A DNA stretch of 64,000 nt from Monocercomonoides exilis PA203 (lineage: Eukaryota > Protista > Preaxostyla). The notes below the pieces were generated by a model that worked only from the letters and a program-made list of their open reading frames with translations, did no database searches and was not told the origin of the DNA. The position numbers and the translations under genes are program-made. Shown here piece after piece: positions 12,601-21,000 of the stretch; the stretch's first letter is position 1, and the number at the start of each line of letters is the position of its first letter. The stretch spans positions 1,849,110 to 1,913,109 of the forward strand of contig LSRY02000011.1 of assembly GCA_001643675.2 (NCBI GenBank), in the 5' to 3' direction.

Positions 12601-15600
12601 TTCCAATCCATTTGCAACAGATTCAAGCACATTGAACATTTCCTGGAAAGTATTCAACAAATTGTCAGGTGCACAAAACTCAACAACAACAGGCTTTGCA
12701 TGTGCTTGACTCATAATTCTACGCCATGATCTATCAACACCTTGGAATCTTTTGTATTCGATGGGCAGTTGACGCTGAATATCTTCTGATGAAAAGATAG
12801 GCTCCAAATAGATCCATCTTTTCTGGCATTTCAGCCACTCTTCGATAACAAGAGATATTCTCTGCAGAAGATTAAGCCAGTTTTCGATAGCATCTTTGTG
12901 TGGTTCCTTGAATGGAGAGAAAGACATGGCTTGTGTTCTCAGTAAATGCATATCCAACCTCTCTTGAATCTCAGCAGCACCATACATAACATACGTCTTT
13001 GTGGCTTTGTATTCTTTAATCTCAAACTGGATGGGCTGCCACTCTTCGTGCATCTCAATCAACGCTTCCTCCAAAGCATATTCCTTTGCTGCCACATCGG
13101 CAATACGAAGCACCACGTCTTCTTTTCCTTCGAGATCCAAGTTGAGCATATCGTCCAATGTTGTATCTTCCTGTGGCCTGATGTCAAATCCAAGTTCTGT
13201 CTCGATTTGTTTCCAATGTCTGTCTTTCATTCCGGGATTCCTCAGCGCCACAACCAACGGCATTCTCGGCGCAAGCTCGTCCATCTGAGATTTCACCAGC
13301 TGCGCAACTCCCTGTGGCTCTGGCACTTCTCGGAAAAGCTTTATGCATCGCTGCATATTTGACAGCGCTTTTGACAGTTGGGTGTCCATCTGAACAGCAT
13401 CAATTTCGTTGAACTTGGCCTCGCGCCACTCGACTGCCCAGTGAGACCAGTTGTTGGCCGTTGACCAAAGCAGATTGTAGCCATCGAATTTCTTCGCGGT
13501 CGAGTTGAGCTCAGGGTATTCTGTGATCTCTCTTCCCAACAACCCTTCGTTGAGGCTGAATTCTTTCTGCTTCTTTTTCATGTCTTCCAGCTGCACATCG
13601 AGTTTAGATACTTCCTGATACACCTCATCAACTCTGTCAAAGTTGGCGTGTCTTGAAAGCCGAGAAACCATAATTGTGACTTCCTGTAGCTGTCGTGCAA
13701 ACTTCTCCTGGTTGCTAATCAGCTGTTCTTCGAAGATCTTCTGGTGGCGCATCAGATTCTGTTCGGTTTCTTCGCACTCGCCCAGAATCTGCTTCGCCCA
13801 GCCGTATCCTGACCAGTGCTTCTTGAACTCGTCTTCAGTGAATGTGTGGTCGAACTGCTCGAGTGTATCGTATGTCTCTTTCATCGCATCCAATTCTGGC
13901 TGAAGTGCATTCAGCTCTTTTGGAATTGTTGCCAAAAACTCTTTTTTCTGCACCAATTCTTCAGCGTTGCGTGGCCTTTCAGTCATCTTTGACAGAATAG
14001 CCTGATACTTCGAAATCAGAGCATCAGCTTGTTCCATCACTCTGTTGCCCATCGCATCAATCAGTGCACGTGCCATGTCCTGATACTTCTTCGTCAGCAT
14101 CTGCTTGATTTTCACGCAAGACACCATAAACAGCCCCAAGTTCATCTCATTCGGAATGAGTGTGTCAACTTCGCTCGCTTTCTGTCTGTATTCCTTCACT
14201 TTCTGTGCAATTTCTGATGGAGACTTTTGTGGAGTGCATATCTCCTCAGCCAGCTTGGCTGTATCGATGCTGAGTGTCGTGTGAATCGGGGCAAAAGTTG
14301 CAACATATTCTTTCAATGGCTCGACAGCTCTTGTAAGTGCAGCCTTAAGTTTTTCGGTGTGTTGCTGAGAAAACTCCTCTTCCGCATTCAAAACAGATAA
14401 ATACATAAACCCTTCCAACATCCTGCGTCTCTTTGCCAGGCGCATTTTTTCTCTCTTTGCGCGCTCTTCGGCGGTGAGCGGAGCAGATTGAGCAGCCTGT
14501 GCTGAGGACGAGGCAGAGGAAGAAGCAGAAGCAGAGCCATTTTGTTGTGATGACGTTGCACCAGATGAGGATGCCGACACTGACGCAGATGCATTTGTTT
14601 CGTCAGACGATGAAGGCGATGAAACACGAGATGGTGGCTCAGAACCTGTTGTTGTGCTTCCATCGGCGTTAGATCCAGATGGCTGGCCATTTGAGGCATA
14701 TGAGCCACTGAAGCCTGTGGATGTGGTAAGCATCGACGACAGCGCACGTTCAGCAACCAAATCTCTCCGCGCTTTGAACAGTTTGGGCATCATCTGCGCA
14801 TCCAAACGGACGAACTCCTGGCAGATGTTGATTGCTGTGTCCAGGAGATTCATCGGAACATCCACAAACTTCGCCAAAGGTACCGACGTGTGCACAGCCT
14901 CTTCCGCTGTCCATTCAATCTCCACACTCAACAGAGGCGTCGGAAGCGGTGGATCGGAACAGAGTTTGTCGCACAGCTGCTCTGTAAGTGTCTTCCTTCG
15001 CACCATTTTCTTCACAGTTTTTGTGTTCTTCTCCTCCTCTTCTTCTTTCTTGTCAGGCTTTTTCTCTCCCTTTCTTCGAGCCTTCTTAAGTTCTTCATCT
15101 CTTTGCCTTATCTCTTCTTCAGTCAATGGCTCTTCCACGACTATCTCTTCGTATTCGTCTGGCTGCTCTCCGCGCATCATTCGCTCTCTTCTTTCTGCTC
15201 TTTCCTTCTCTCTCAGTAGAGACAAGTAATTCGCAACAGCTCTGCGGATGGGTCTGCGCTTGAACGAGACTGTTGCATCGTTCATTCCGCGGACTGTGAC
15301 CTTATCAGGAGATAGTGCTGTGACACACGAAGTGAACTCTTCGATGCTCGTCTGCATCATCGTCCTCAGCGCATCCTGCATCATAAATGTGACTGTAGAA
15401 AAGAACACCTTCAGTCTGCTCTGTTCGTATGCCTCTGGACTGTCCTCTGCTCCGCTGAACATTGACGACGGAATCGACTGCAGCGCATTGGCAACCGCCT
15501 GTCGCAGAGAGCCCATCCACTTCTCATTCAAGAAAGACACTACAGCAGAACTTGCCATGCTCTGCTGTGTTTGCAGCTCTTCCAGTTGCATTGTGTGGTC

Positions 15601-17682
15601 TTTCATTGACGGCAGGTTGAAAAGCCTCAGTGATGTTGCTGTGTTGCATTCTGAGCGAATGTGGATAAGCACCTGAATGATTTGTGGAGTCGTCAGGAAA
15701 GACTTCTTCATAAGCTGCAGCTGAGCCTCTTGCATGTTGTGCGGAGGAGTGAGAATTGTACCTTGTTCGGGTACTTCTTTCGGAGGATGAGGAGGTGGCA
15801 GTTCAACTCCTTCAAACATGTGCGAATGTGCTTCGTCTTTGCGCATCTGTTCAAACACCATCGTGTTCATAGATTTGCAGTAGATTTGTGCAACTTCACG
15901 CAAAAACGGTGCAGAGTCAATTTTTGCCAGATTAAAACGGCGTTCCAGTGGTGTCTTTTTGCTGCTCTCATCTTCTTCATCAACTTCATCTTCGTTTGTG
16001 TCTTGTGCTACACACAGCCCAGAATTCCCACCGATGCCTCCCATTCCGATTGAGGCTGATGATAAGGAAGTTGAAAGAAGTGTCGTTCCGCCTGATGACT
16101 TTTGCTTTCCAGTTGCTCCTGCCATTTCTCCAATTGTGTTCCACATCTCTCCAATTCCCTTTGTGTTGCGTTTGTTCCCTTCCTCGCTCTGCACTGGCTG
16201 AGGCGTATGGTGCAGAGGAGAAAAGTTCGAAAGGGTGGCTATTTCCATTATGTGCTCGAGGCTTTCCTGAGACGGCAGTGCCACATCGTCTGTCGGCATA
16301 GCGTCGATATAGAGGTTGTATTTCAGCTGCAGCGCTGTCTCCTTTCTCCGCTGGTGCGCCCACAGCACACGTAGTGCAAATCGCTCTGGATCTTCAGCGA
16401 AAAACAGAACGTGGATGCGAGGAAGCACACTCCGCGTGTTGTCCAGCCATTGAACTTCGAACATTTCATGCGTGAAGGCGCTTTTGCTTTTCCCCTTCTT
16501 CCTCGATTTCCCTTTCTGCTCAGCTTCTTCAGCATCCTTCTCAATTTGTCTCAATTTCTTCAGATGCTTTTCGATCTGCCTCGCTTCTTTCGCTGCCCGT
16601 TCTTCATCGCTAAGTGCGCAATCTTTCTGTTCTGAAGAAGATGAGCCTTGCTCTTCTCTTTCTGATTCATCCATTTCATCTTCGTCGTCTTTCTCTTCTT
16701 CCCCCTCAGTTGGCTCATCTCTCATCCTCACCAGCCCAACAACTGAACACAAATCCCATCTCGCCGTTTGATCAGGCTTAAACCGAGCTGCCCGGGCAGG
16801 CACTGGAACTGGTGCTGCTGCATATGGAGCAAACTTGAACTGCGGTTCGTCATTTAATTCCATGAGTTTGGCATCAGCTTTTCCTTCCTCAGCGAGTTTT
16901 TGTGCTTCTTCATCAAGAAGAAGTGCGTCTTCAGGAATATCATCATCTTCGTCGATAACTTCATCAATCTGCTCATCTTTATTATCTTCGTTGGTTTCAT
17001 CTCCAAAATCAACTTTGTGAATGTCTTGAAAAAGTTCTTCCTCTTCGGAAGCACTTAATTCTTCTTCATTAATTGCATTTTCTTCTTCATCTTCGTTTGT
17101 AATCCCCTTAGCTTTTCTCTTCAGTCGTCTTTTTTCAATTTTTGCTTCTCTATTTTTCTCTTTTCGATTTTGTTTCGCTTTCAAATCAGCTTTCTTTCCC
17201 AAATTAATCCAATCAATTGGTTTTCTAATATCAAAATCAGTGTTATCAAACAATTCTAATTTCATAAAGGTTGTAACATCATCTGGATCTGGTGGAATTG
17301 AATAATCTATTCCAAGTGTTCTCAATAGCTGCTCTATGTCCATGCTCAAATATCTCTTTTTCGCTTTTTCAATATAGACATGTCGTGGAATTTTTCCTGG
17401 TGCTGGATTATACTCTGCAAAAACTTTTGGTTCCAAAACTTCAGGAGGGAATGATTTAATAAACTCATCTTGGCGTGCTTGGCGTGATCGTTGAACAGGT
17501 TTGTTTCCATCCCCAATTTTTTGAATTGTACGCATCATTCCGGGCTTAGAAAGAGTTCCTGCACGCGGTGATCTTGAGCCAAGTTGAGAACCTGAAATGT
17601 TTTGGTGAAGTGGTTTTGAAGTGAAGTTTGAGCGAAAAAATTGTGATTGTTGAGTTTGTTTTGTTCCTTCCTGAATTTTCAT
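3643..17682 (-). CDS. DNAH1: Axonemal inner-arm dynein heavy chain, DNAH1-like (4679 aa, single exon)
   Basis: P-loops GPAGTGKTET, GPTGGGKS, GSTGTAKT and GVGGSGRQS, plus CFDEFNRI and a stalk coiled coil. The N-terminal PGKIPR..YLSMDIEQLL and C-terminal HWIKRSVALFCALDY resemble DNAH1. Confidence 0.92.
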   Translation of the reverse strand: MKIQEGTKQTQQSQFFRSNFTSKPLHQNISGSQLGSRSPRAGTLSKPGMMRTIQKIGDGNKPVQRSRQARQDEFIKSFPPEVLEPKVFAEYNPAPGKIPRHVYIEKAKKRYLSMDIEQLLRTLGIDYSIPPDPDDVTTFMKLELFDNTDFDIRKPIDWINLGKKADLKAKQNRKEKNREAKIEKRRLKRKAKGITNEDEEENAINEEELSASEEEELFQDIHKVDFGDETNEDNKDEQIDEVIDEDDDIPEDALLLDEEAQKLAEEGKADAKLMELNDEPQFKFAPYAAAPVPVPARAARFKPDQTARWDLCSVVGLVRMRDEPTEGEEEKDDEDEMDESEREEQGSSSSEQKDCALSDEERAAKEARQIEKHLKKLRQIEKDAEEAEQKGKSRKKGKSKSAFTHEMFEVQWLDNTRSVLPRIHVLFFAEDPERFALRVLWAHQRRKETALQLKYNLYIDAMPTDDVALPSQESLEHIMEIATLSNFSPLHHTPQPVQSEEGNKRNTKGIGEMWNTIGEMAGATGKQKSSGGTTLLSTSLSSASIGMGGIGGNSGLCVAQDTNEDEVDEEDESSKKTPLERRFNLAKIDSAPFLREVAQIYCKSMNTMVFEQMRKDEAHSHMFEGVELPPPHPPKEVPEQGTILTPPHNMQEAQLQLMKKSFLTTPQIIQVLIHIRSECNTATSLRLFNLPSMKDHTMQLEELQTQQSMASSAVVSFLNEKWMGSLRQAVANALQSIPSSMFSGAEDSPEAYEQSRLKVFFSTVTFMMQDALRTMMQTSIEEFTSCVTALSPDKVTVRGMNDATVSFKRRPIRRAVANYLSLLREKERAERRERMMRGEQPDEYEEIVVEEPLTEEEIRQRDEELKKARRKGEKKPDKKEEEEEKNTKTVKKMVRRKTLTEQLCDKLCSDPPLPTPLLSVEIEWTAEEAVHTSVPLAKFVDVPMNLLDTAINICQEFVRLDAQMMPKLFKARRDLVAERALSSMLTTSTGFSGSYASNGQPSGSNADGSTTTGSEPPSRVSSPSSSDETNASASVSASSSGATSSQQNGSASASSSASSSAQAAQSAPLTAEERAKREKMRLAKRRRMLEGFMYLSVLNAEEEFSQQHTEKLKAALTRAVEPLKEYVATFAPIHTTLSIDTAKLAEEICTPQKSPSEIAQKVKEYRQKASEVDTLIPNEMNLGLFMVSCVKIKQMLTKKYQDMARALIDAMGNRVMEQADALISKYQAILSKMTERPRNAEELVQKKEFLATIPKELNALQPELDAMKETYDTLEQFDHTFTEDEFKKHWSGYGWAKQILGECEETEQNLMRHQKIFEEQLISNQEKFARQLQEVTIMVSRLSRHANFDRVDEVYQEVSKLDVQLEDMKKKQKEFSLNEGLLGREITEYPELNSTAKKFDGYNLLWSTANNWSHWAVEWREAKFNEIDAVQMDTQLSKALSNMQRCIKLFREVPEPQGVAQLVKSQMDELAPRMPLVVALRNPGMKDRHWKQIETELGFDIRPQEDTTLDDMLNLDLEGKEDVVLRIADVAAKEYALEEALIEMHEEWQPIQFEIKEYKATKTYVMYGAAEIQERLDMHLLRTQAMSFSPFKEPHKDAIENWLNLLQRISLVIEEWLKCQKRWIYLEPIFSSEDIQRQLPIEYKRFQGVDRSWRRIMSQAHAKPVVVEFCAPDNLLNTFQEMFNVLESVANGLESYLETKRKAFPRFYFLSSDELLDILSQTKDPTRVQPYLGTCFEAIKSVTFQPDMEITAMISKEKEKVEFVEGIYPEGNVEQWLKELEGCMFTAVRDQIVQSLADYNVRPRKEWVGLWPGQVVLCVGQIYWTQEVEQSIEKGGYEEVDKLLTKLKGQLNDLTDLVRGNLTDLQRLTLGALITIDVHARDVTTRLVENKVEAVTDFDWISQFRYYWEDDDVHVKMMQTDFMYQYEYLGNTSRLVITPLTDKLYMTLMGAINLHLGGAPAGPAGTGKTETTKDLAKAVAVKCVVFNCSESLKVTAMGKFFKGLAMTGAWSCFDEFNRIDIEVLSVIAQQIATIQNAIMDGLEQFHFEDDEITLIPTLSIFITMNPGYAGRTELPDNLKALFRPVAVMIPDYALIAEIRLFSFGFKEGFALSKKMVATFKLSSEQLSSQDHYDFGMRAVNTVISAAGNLKHEFPDVSEELLLLRALRDTNIPKFLADDIPLFKGIVSDLFPGVEPMVVDYGQLNKALIDTASLQQLQPREAFITKCLQLYETAVLRHGLMLVGPTGGGKSSCLSVLSTAMTTLKKRGVEGYETVIMHKLNPKSIPYGDLYGTYDAATNDWKNGVLTLIMRECVRDESSDKHWIICDGPVDAVWIEDMNTVLDDSKKLCLASGEVIPLTPAMNMIFEVEDLRVASPATVSRCGMVYLEPSTTVPHSARIFSWLNSQQTLFAPHIDALQELFDIYLPQCLNHLRRSCPEAVPTVDANICMAFFNMLEAMFMPYLPEEAKGETMPTQQKLEDMGECLPHIFIFALVWSVGATTNVEGRKSFNEFLMTLIRENHPDLLDTTLEQPTDAQPMKGSLSPNPKIPAIYTLYDFVYNQKEKVWIPWMDTIDEYVIKPKTAFTEMIVPTVDSVRNTHIINLLVRKSKHVLTIGSTGTAKTVTLQQYLFKQAPSEYIPIPMTFSAQTSATATQRQLDDKFERRRSGIVGAPPGSKFVIFVDDLNMPKLEIYGAQPPIELLRQFVDHGGWYVKKDSTSIPFFKIEDVQLVGAMGPPGGGRNPVTNRFLRHFNHIYFTDLEESSEKMIFSTILGSFFNQFPDIIRGLTTPIVNATVEVYHTIMRELLPTPQKSHYTFNLRDLSKVFQGILSGDVRALQETSQVIRIWLHETTRVFADRLVTSTKDTKDREWFQQLLRAQLKKHFSVTWEGVGASDNMMFGDLLSANQGETKPYVQITDIEKLKKVLDDALDDYRDAQKGGSLELVLFQNAIMHLLRIARIIRQPYGNALLLGVGGSGRQSLTRLASFIAEYTLRNIEIKKGFNTFEWHKTLKDIMKGAGLEAMPTVFLFSDTQLVQESFLEDINNMLNSGDVPNVWDPQEMETIYSTMRPIAQSLGIIPTKINLFSHFVKRVRENIHIVLCMSPFGDAFRNRLRMYPALVTCCTIDWFDPWPDEALRAVARVKLDDVDFESNPLGDEEESEDEDASGSDEEYKMHKRHKGEDLTDKVIEMCVMIHQSVEKANTRYLKELKRTNHVTPLSYLELITTLRTMLKNKREELKVMKNRLSQGVEKITKATEEVVKNDARLKEVQPQLEKMTIEVEQMMVKIQKDQQDASEQRTIVKREEQEVSAQAEQCQKMKDEATALLEKALPILREAEKSLEKLDPRDVAEVGGYKSPGKGVQLVLAALCIVMGVPPAKIQDPDHPNQKKEDYMGPARGLVSHPRELMDSMLNFDKEHLDPKMIKKIEPYIQNEEFIPEKVAKGSKACMSICIWIRAMYSFYFTFLDVKPKQELVAKAEKELAAVLKTLKEKQDSLNILESNIKQLEARYQEAIEKKESLQKQVHDCVTQRDRAFRLTQGLGGECTRWTKEMKDIEQLEYNVMGDVLISAGTVCYLGPFTSQFRADLITQWKEALTEMNFPFSANASIQTTFADPVRVRQWGLDGLPSDNLSIENGLIMINARRWPLMIDPQGQANKWIRRMEKGKLDIVKQTEDNFMRTMETAIRFGRPVLIESVGEELDPALEPVLSRTTFMHKGSEMMKLGDTTLPYNNNFKLYMTTKLPNPKYAPETSVKVTLLNFTVTQSGLEDQLLATVVVQERPDLEESKNSLMSSNAKMRARLKEYEDQILKLLSETANPLEDETLINTLSESKKMSTEIEEKVKEAEETEQQIDETRNTYRPMAVRGSLLFFCVADLSSIDPMYQNSLQWFMDLYKQSIEETEQSQDFATRLSNLMDNFTYLLYQNVCRSLFARHKLMFSFLMIMRILTYEGKIDQQEYRFLIGRSTVANPQPNPAEDWLTSRSWIDIQALAELPAFTDLDKDFAADPDSWRVIFDSSQAHREPLPGKWNDLNQFQKLLVLKCLRSDKITEGVQDFVQENFGKKYVQPPNFNLAKSYRDSNSMRPLIFIISPGTNPAKDLDQFAVEMRMTKKLHSLSLGQGQGVKAEQYINEATENGFWVLLQNCDLYASWMPELERIVENWKPESVHREFRLWLTSQPSEKFPVSILQSGIKMTNEPPKGLQANLLRTYESFDPSVIAPVSDNHDPSVLRMLLFSLSFFHAVIQERRKFGALGWNIRYEFTVDDLNVCIKQLRLFLETSIEVPYRVLSFLFGEINYGGRVTDFLDRRLLSTLLERFICPDVLKEGYTFSPSGKYTSVDCEDLKGYIQVIQSYDLNAYPEVFGLHENADITCAMKDTNDLFDNLLSLQPSTASGSSGQTREEIIQEKVLSIQEKVPHEFDLEAASAAYPTSYEESMNTVLVQEIIRYNRLLSTIHTSLDDMIKALAGKVVMSAALEDMSNSLFINQIPKLWEKPAYPSLKALSVWVEDLAQRCAFLAKWIENGPPAVYWISGLFFPQAFLTGNLQNFARKYKIPIDKISFEAIIRDDLKNPEEVTERPADGCFAYGLFLEGARWDHEKHVLTESRPKELYTTFPIIHLNPVENRVPPTEGSYNCPIYKILTRQGTLSTTGHSTNYVISLDIPSDTVESHWIKRSVALFCALDY

Positions 17683-18099
17683 TATTAAGTGTTATATAAA
17701 TAAAACAATCAAAAATGAAAACTTTCATTATTAAAATAATTCTCAAACCATGCGAATATAATGGAAAAAAACAGAAAAGATTCAACAACCGTAGATCTGA
17801 ACCCATTTAATCATACAAAAAACATGAATTTCTTTTCTTCTCTCTTAAATAGTTTAAAATGTCAGCAGTTAAAAATAAAGCACAAGGAAATTGTATAAAA
17901 ACGCATCAAATTATAAACATTAAAAAATCCTCGTAAATATCAAGGATCACAAAAAGAAAACATCAGCTGCTTAAAAATATTCGCAAAATTGAAATGAAAA
18001 TGTTGAACGCAATCGTAAATGAAATATAACTTTATAAATAATAATAAAGAAAACAGAGACAGTGATATGGCTTTTTTAAAAAAATGACATGAGAGAGTG

Positions 18100-21000
18100 T
18101 TACTGTGTGTGTCGTTTGAGGTGAAATCGCTTCATTACGTTTTCAACAGACACGTTTCTGAAGTAGTGTCTGTCTTTGACAGCGCCGATGACCCAAATGG
18201 GAGTGCAGAGGAGGACAGCATAGAGGAAGATGAGGGCATAAAAGAGAGGGTCAGAGAGGCAGCCCACGAAGACACCCACTCCGCTGTAGGAAGAGGAGAT
18301 GGCTGAGGTGACAGCAGTGATTGGGAGGAGGATGATGAAGCAGCCCCAAATGAAGAGGTGGTTGATCCACGTGAGCGTGTGGGAGTCGCCGACGAGTGTG
18401 GCTGTATGCACCACCAGCACTGCCGTGTATGTCATAAAGGCCACTTGTGGGGTGGGTGTCTGTGTGCCGCTGAAGATGCCGTAGTTGAGCAGCATCAGCA
18501 CCAGCCCTTGGAACATCCCTTTGCATTCCCACCAGAAGAACTGCTTCCAGTTGAACAGCTTCCCTTGCTGCCCCTGCTGATACAGGCGAGGCGTCGACAG
18601 CGCCACAGTGGCTGGAACGTCTCTATCGAACAGATAGAAGAAGATGGGCAGCCCAGTGTAGACGATGTTGTACAGGGTCAGCTGCATGGAGTCGTAGAAG
18701 TTGATGCCCGAGAATCCTGTGAAGAGCGCATAGACACCCTGCGAGAAGGCCAAGATGACTGACTTGTACATGCTGAACAGAGTGATATACGCAATCCGCC
18801 GGTATGACGAGCGGCCGTGCACAAACAGCAGATTCCGCAGGTGGGAGAACTGGGTGACAGAGTAGTCAGACGCAAGGGCTGCCTGGAGCCCCTCTCTCCC
18901 TTGTATTCCGATCCCCACGTGTGCTGCCTGGATCATCGGCACATCGTTCCCTCCGTCGCCAATCGACAGCACAATCGGCACACGCCGCACTCCAAAGGCG
19001 CGTTTGAGGCGAGAAATGTTGAAGACGCCGCAGCACTCGGCAGAGTCTGTCTGGGTGATGGTTGTGCGGACAGACGTCGACAGGCGGCTGTTGAAGCGAG
19101 TGGACGGAGAAAGCGGGTCAGACAGACTGGCAGCAGACGACTGGGACGAGAGATCGGATGGCAATGCACTGCTTTCAGATGAGGCAGAGGAGGATGAAGA
19201 AGAGGAAGAAGAAGAGGAAGATGATGATGATGAATGTGTTGTGGAATGTTTCCCTTCTGCGGCTGCAGAAGATGAGTGTTCCGTTCTGCTCTGTATTCGC
19301 ATGTGTGGAGGCGGTTCGTTCTGTTCGTCGTCGTCCATAAGCACATTGTTCTGACACTTTCCGAATGAGCTTCTCAGCGCCTCTTCGTCGCATCCCAGAG
19401 AATATCCTCTCAGCAGCTGCGTCTCAATGAAGTCGTCTAGCTCTGCTTCTTCTTCTTCTGCTTGTTGGAGCACTTTCTCTTCTTCCTCCATTTTGCGTGC
19501 TGTTTTCTCGTCGCAGTGCTGTTGGCGTTGTGTTTTTATCGTTTTGTTTCTGACATGCGTGTCATTTGGATGGGCTGATCTGATTTGCTGCATTTGAGCT
19601 GTCTCTGTGTCTATCTGGCTGCTCTGAGCAGCTTTTTGCATCGGCGGCGGAGAAATTCCGTCTGCCGGAGAATACGAAGACGATGAAGAAAGAGGCGCTT
19701 CTTTTGCCCCTTCGTCGTCTGAGTGGAAAACTTGGATGTCGTTCAGTGGGATGTCGAGTGTGCGCACAAACGAGACAACTTTTGCTTTTTGTTTGGGAGC
19801 TGTGCGGCAGCACACGACGGTGTCTGCATACGTCAGCAGCGTCCGCATGTCTGCCACTGTCAGCGGCGAGTCCAGCGCCATCTCCATCGTCGACCCATCG
19901 ATAAACACAGTGAATGGCCTTGGCAGTTGCAATGGTGTGCCAGCCACGTTGAACGAGGAGGAGAGAGAAGAGTCCCCTGCCCACTCCATCTTCTGCTGCA
20001 GCTCTTCGATTTCTCGCTCGGTTGGCTGGTCTTTGCGGAGGGGTGCAAAACATCTGTGGATGTCTTTTGGTGTCTTCCCCACAATGTCTATTTGGTGGGG
20101 ACACGCAAGTGAACATGCCAGGGCAATCTGCTTTGCTGTGGCGCCATGATCACCTGTGAGCATCCACACGCGAATTCCTGCGAGAGAGAAAACAATTCAT
20201 TCAAAAAGACAATAATTGAAAAAGGAGAAGATGAATGTGATTGCGAATGAAATAAGGGGGGAAAAAAGGTAGAAAGTATCAGAAAAGATTAAAACTTTAA
20301 CATTATACACATGTCCAGCACACCTGCCTGTCTCAGATCTCTGATTGTCTCTGGCACTCCTTCTTGCAGCTTGTCTGTGATGGCTGTAACTCCCAGCGGA
20401 ATGAACGCCTTTTCAATCTCTTCGCAAGCATGTGCCACTTTCTCTTCTCTTCCCGAAACAGCAGCATTGGCAGCTTTGAAGGAGACATTCCATTTGGCAA
20501 AGGAGTCGTAATCAACCGCACGGCACCCGACGACAAGAGAACGGAAACCAGCAGAAGAGAAGTGGTTGACATGCAACTGCATCTGCTTGATCCGCGACTG
20601 CTCTTCTGAAAGTGCATTTGTCTGCTCTTCTGCATTTGGCGTGTTCTCCACGCTGATTTCTGTTTGGATGTCTAAATTGGATGTGCAGACAAGGAAGATG
20701 AAATAAAACACATTTGAAATATAAATTTGTATTAATTAAGAAAAAATCTGAGAAACAATTTGGAAGGCAAACTCGAATCGATGCAGCGAGATAGAATGAC
20801 ATCGTCGCCGCCTTTTGTGTACAAATAGACAACATTTGGAATGCTCTCATCTGTCGCACTGTCTCCACTGGAACTGGACAGCGTGTGAGGAGAATTTGTG
20901 TCAGAAAAGTCGGCAAAAGAGGAAGACGATGCAGAAGAAGAGCTCAAAGTTGGATGCTCCGCCTGCAACTTGCGCTGAAGCTGCTGCTCCTTCTGGTTCT

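Noticed and set aside
3716-17806. Many short ORFs overlapping the dynein gene (also over WDR19 and the P4-ATPase)
   Set aside because: Antisense or alternate-frame shadows of real CDSs with no recognisable motifs.
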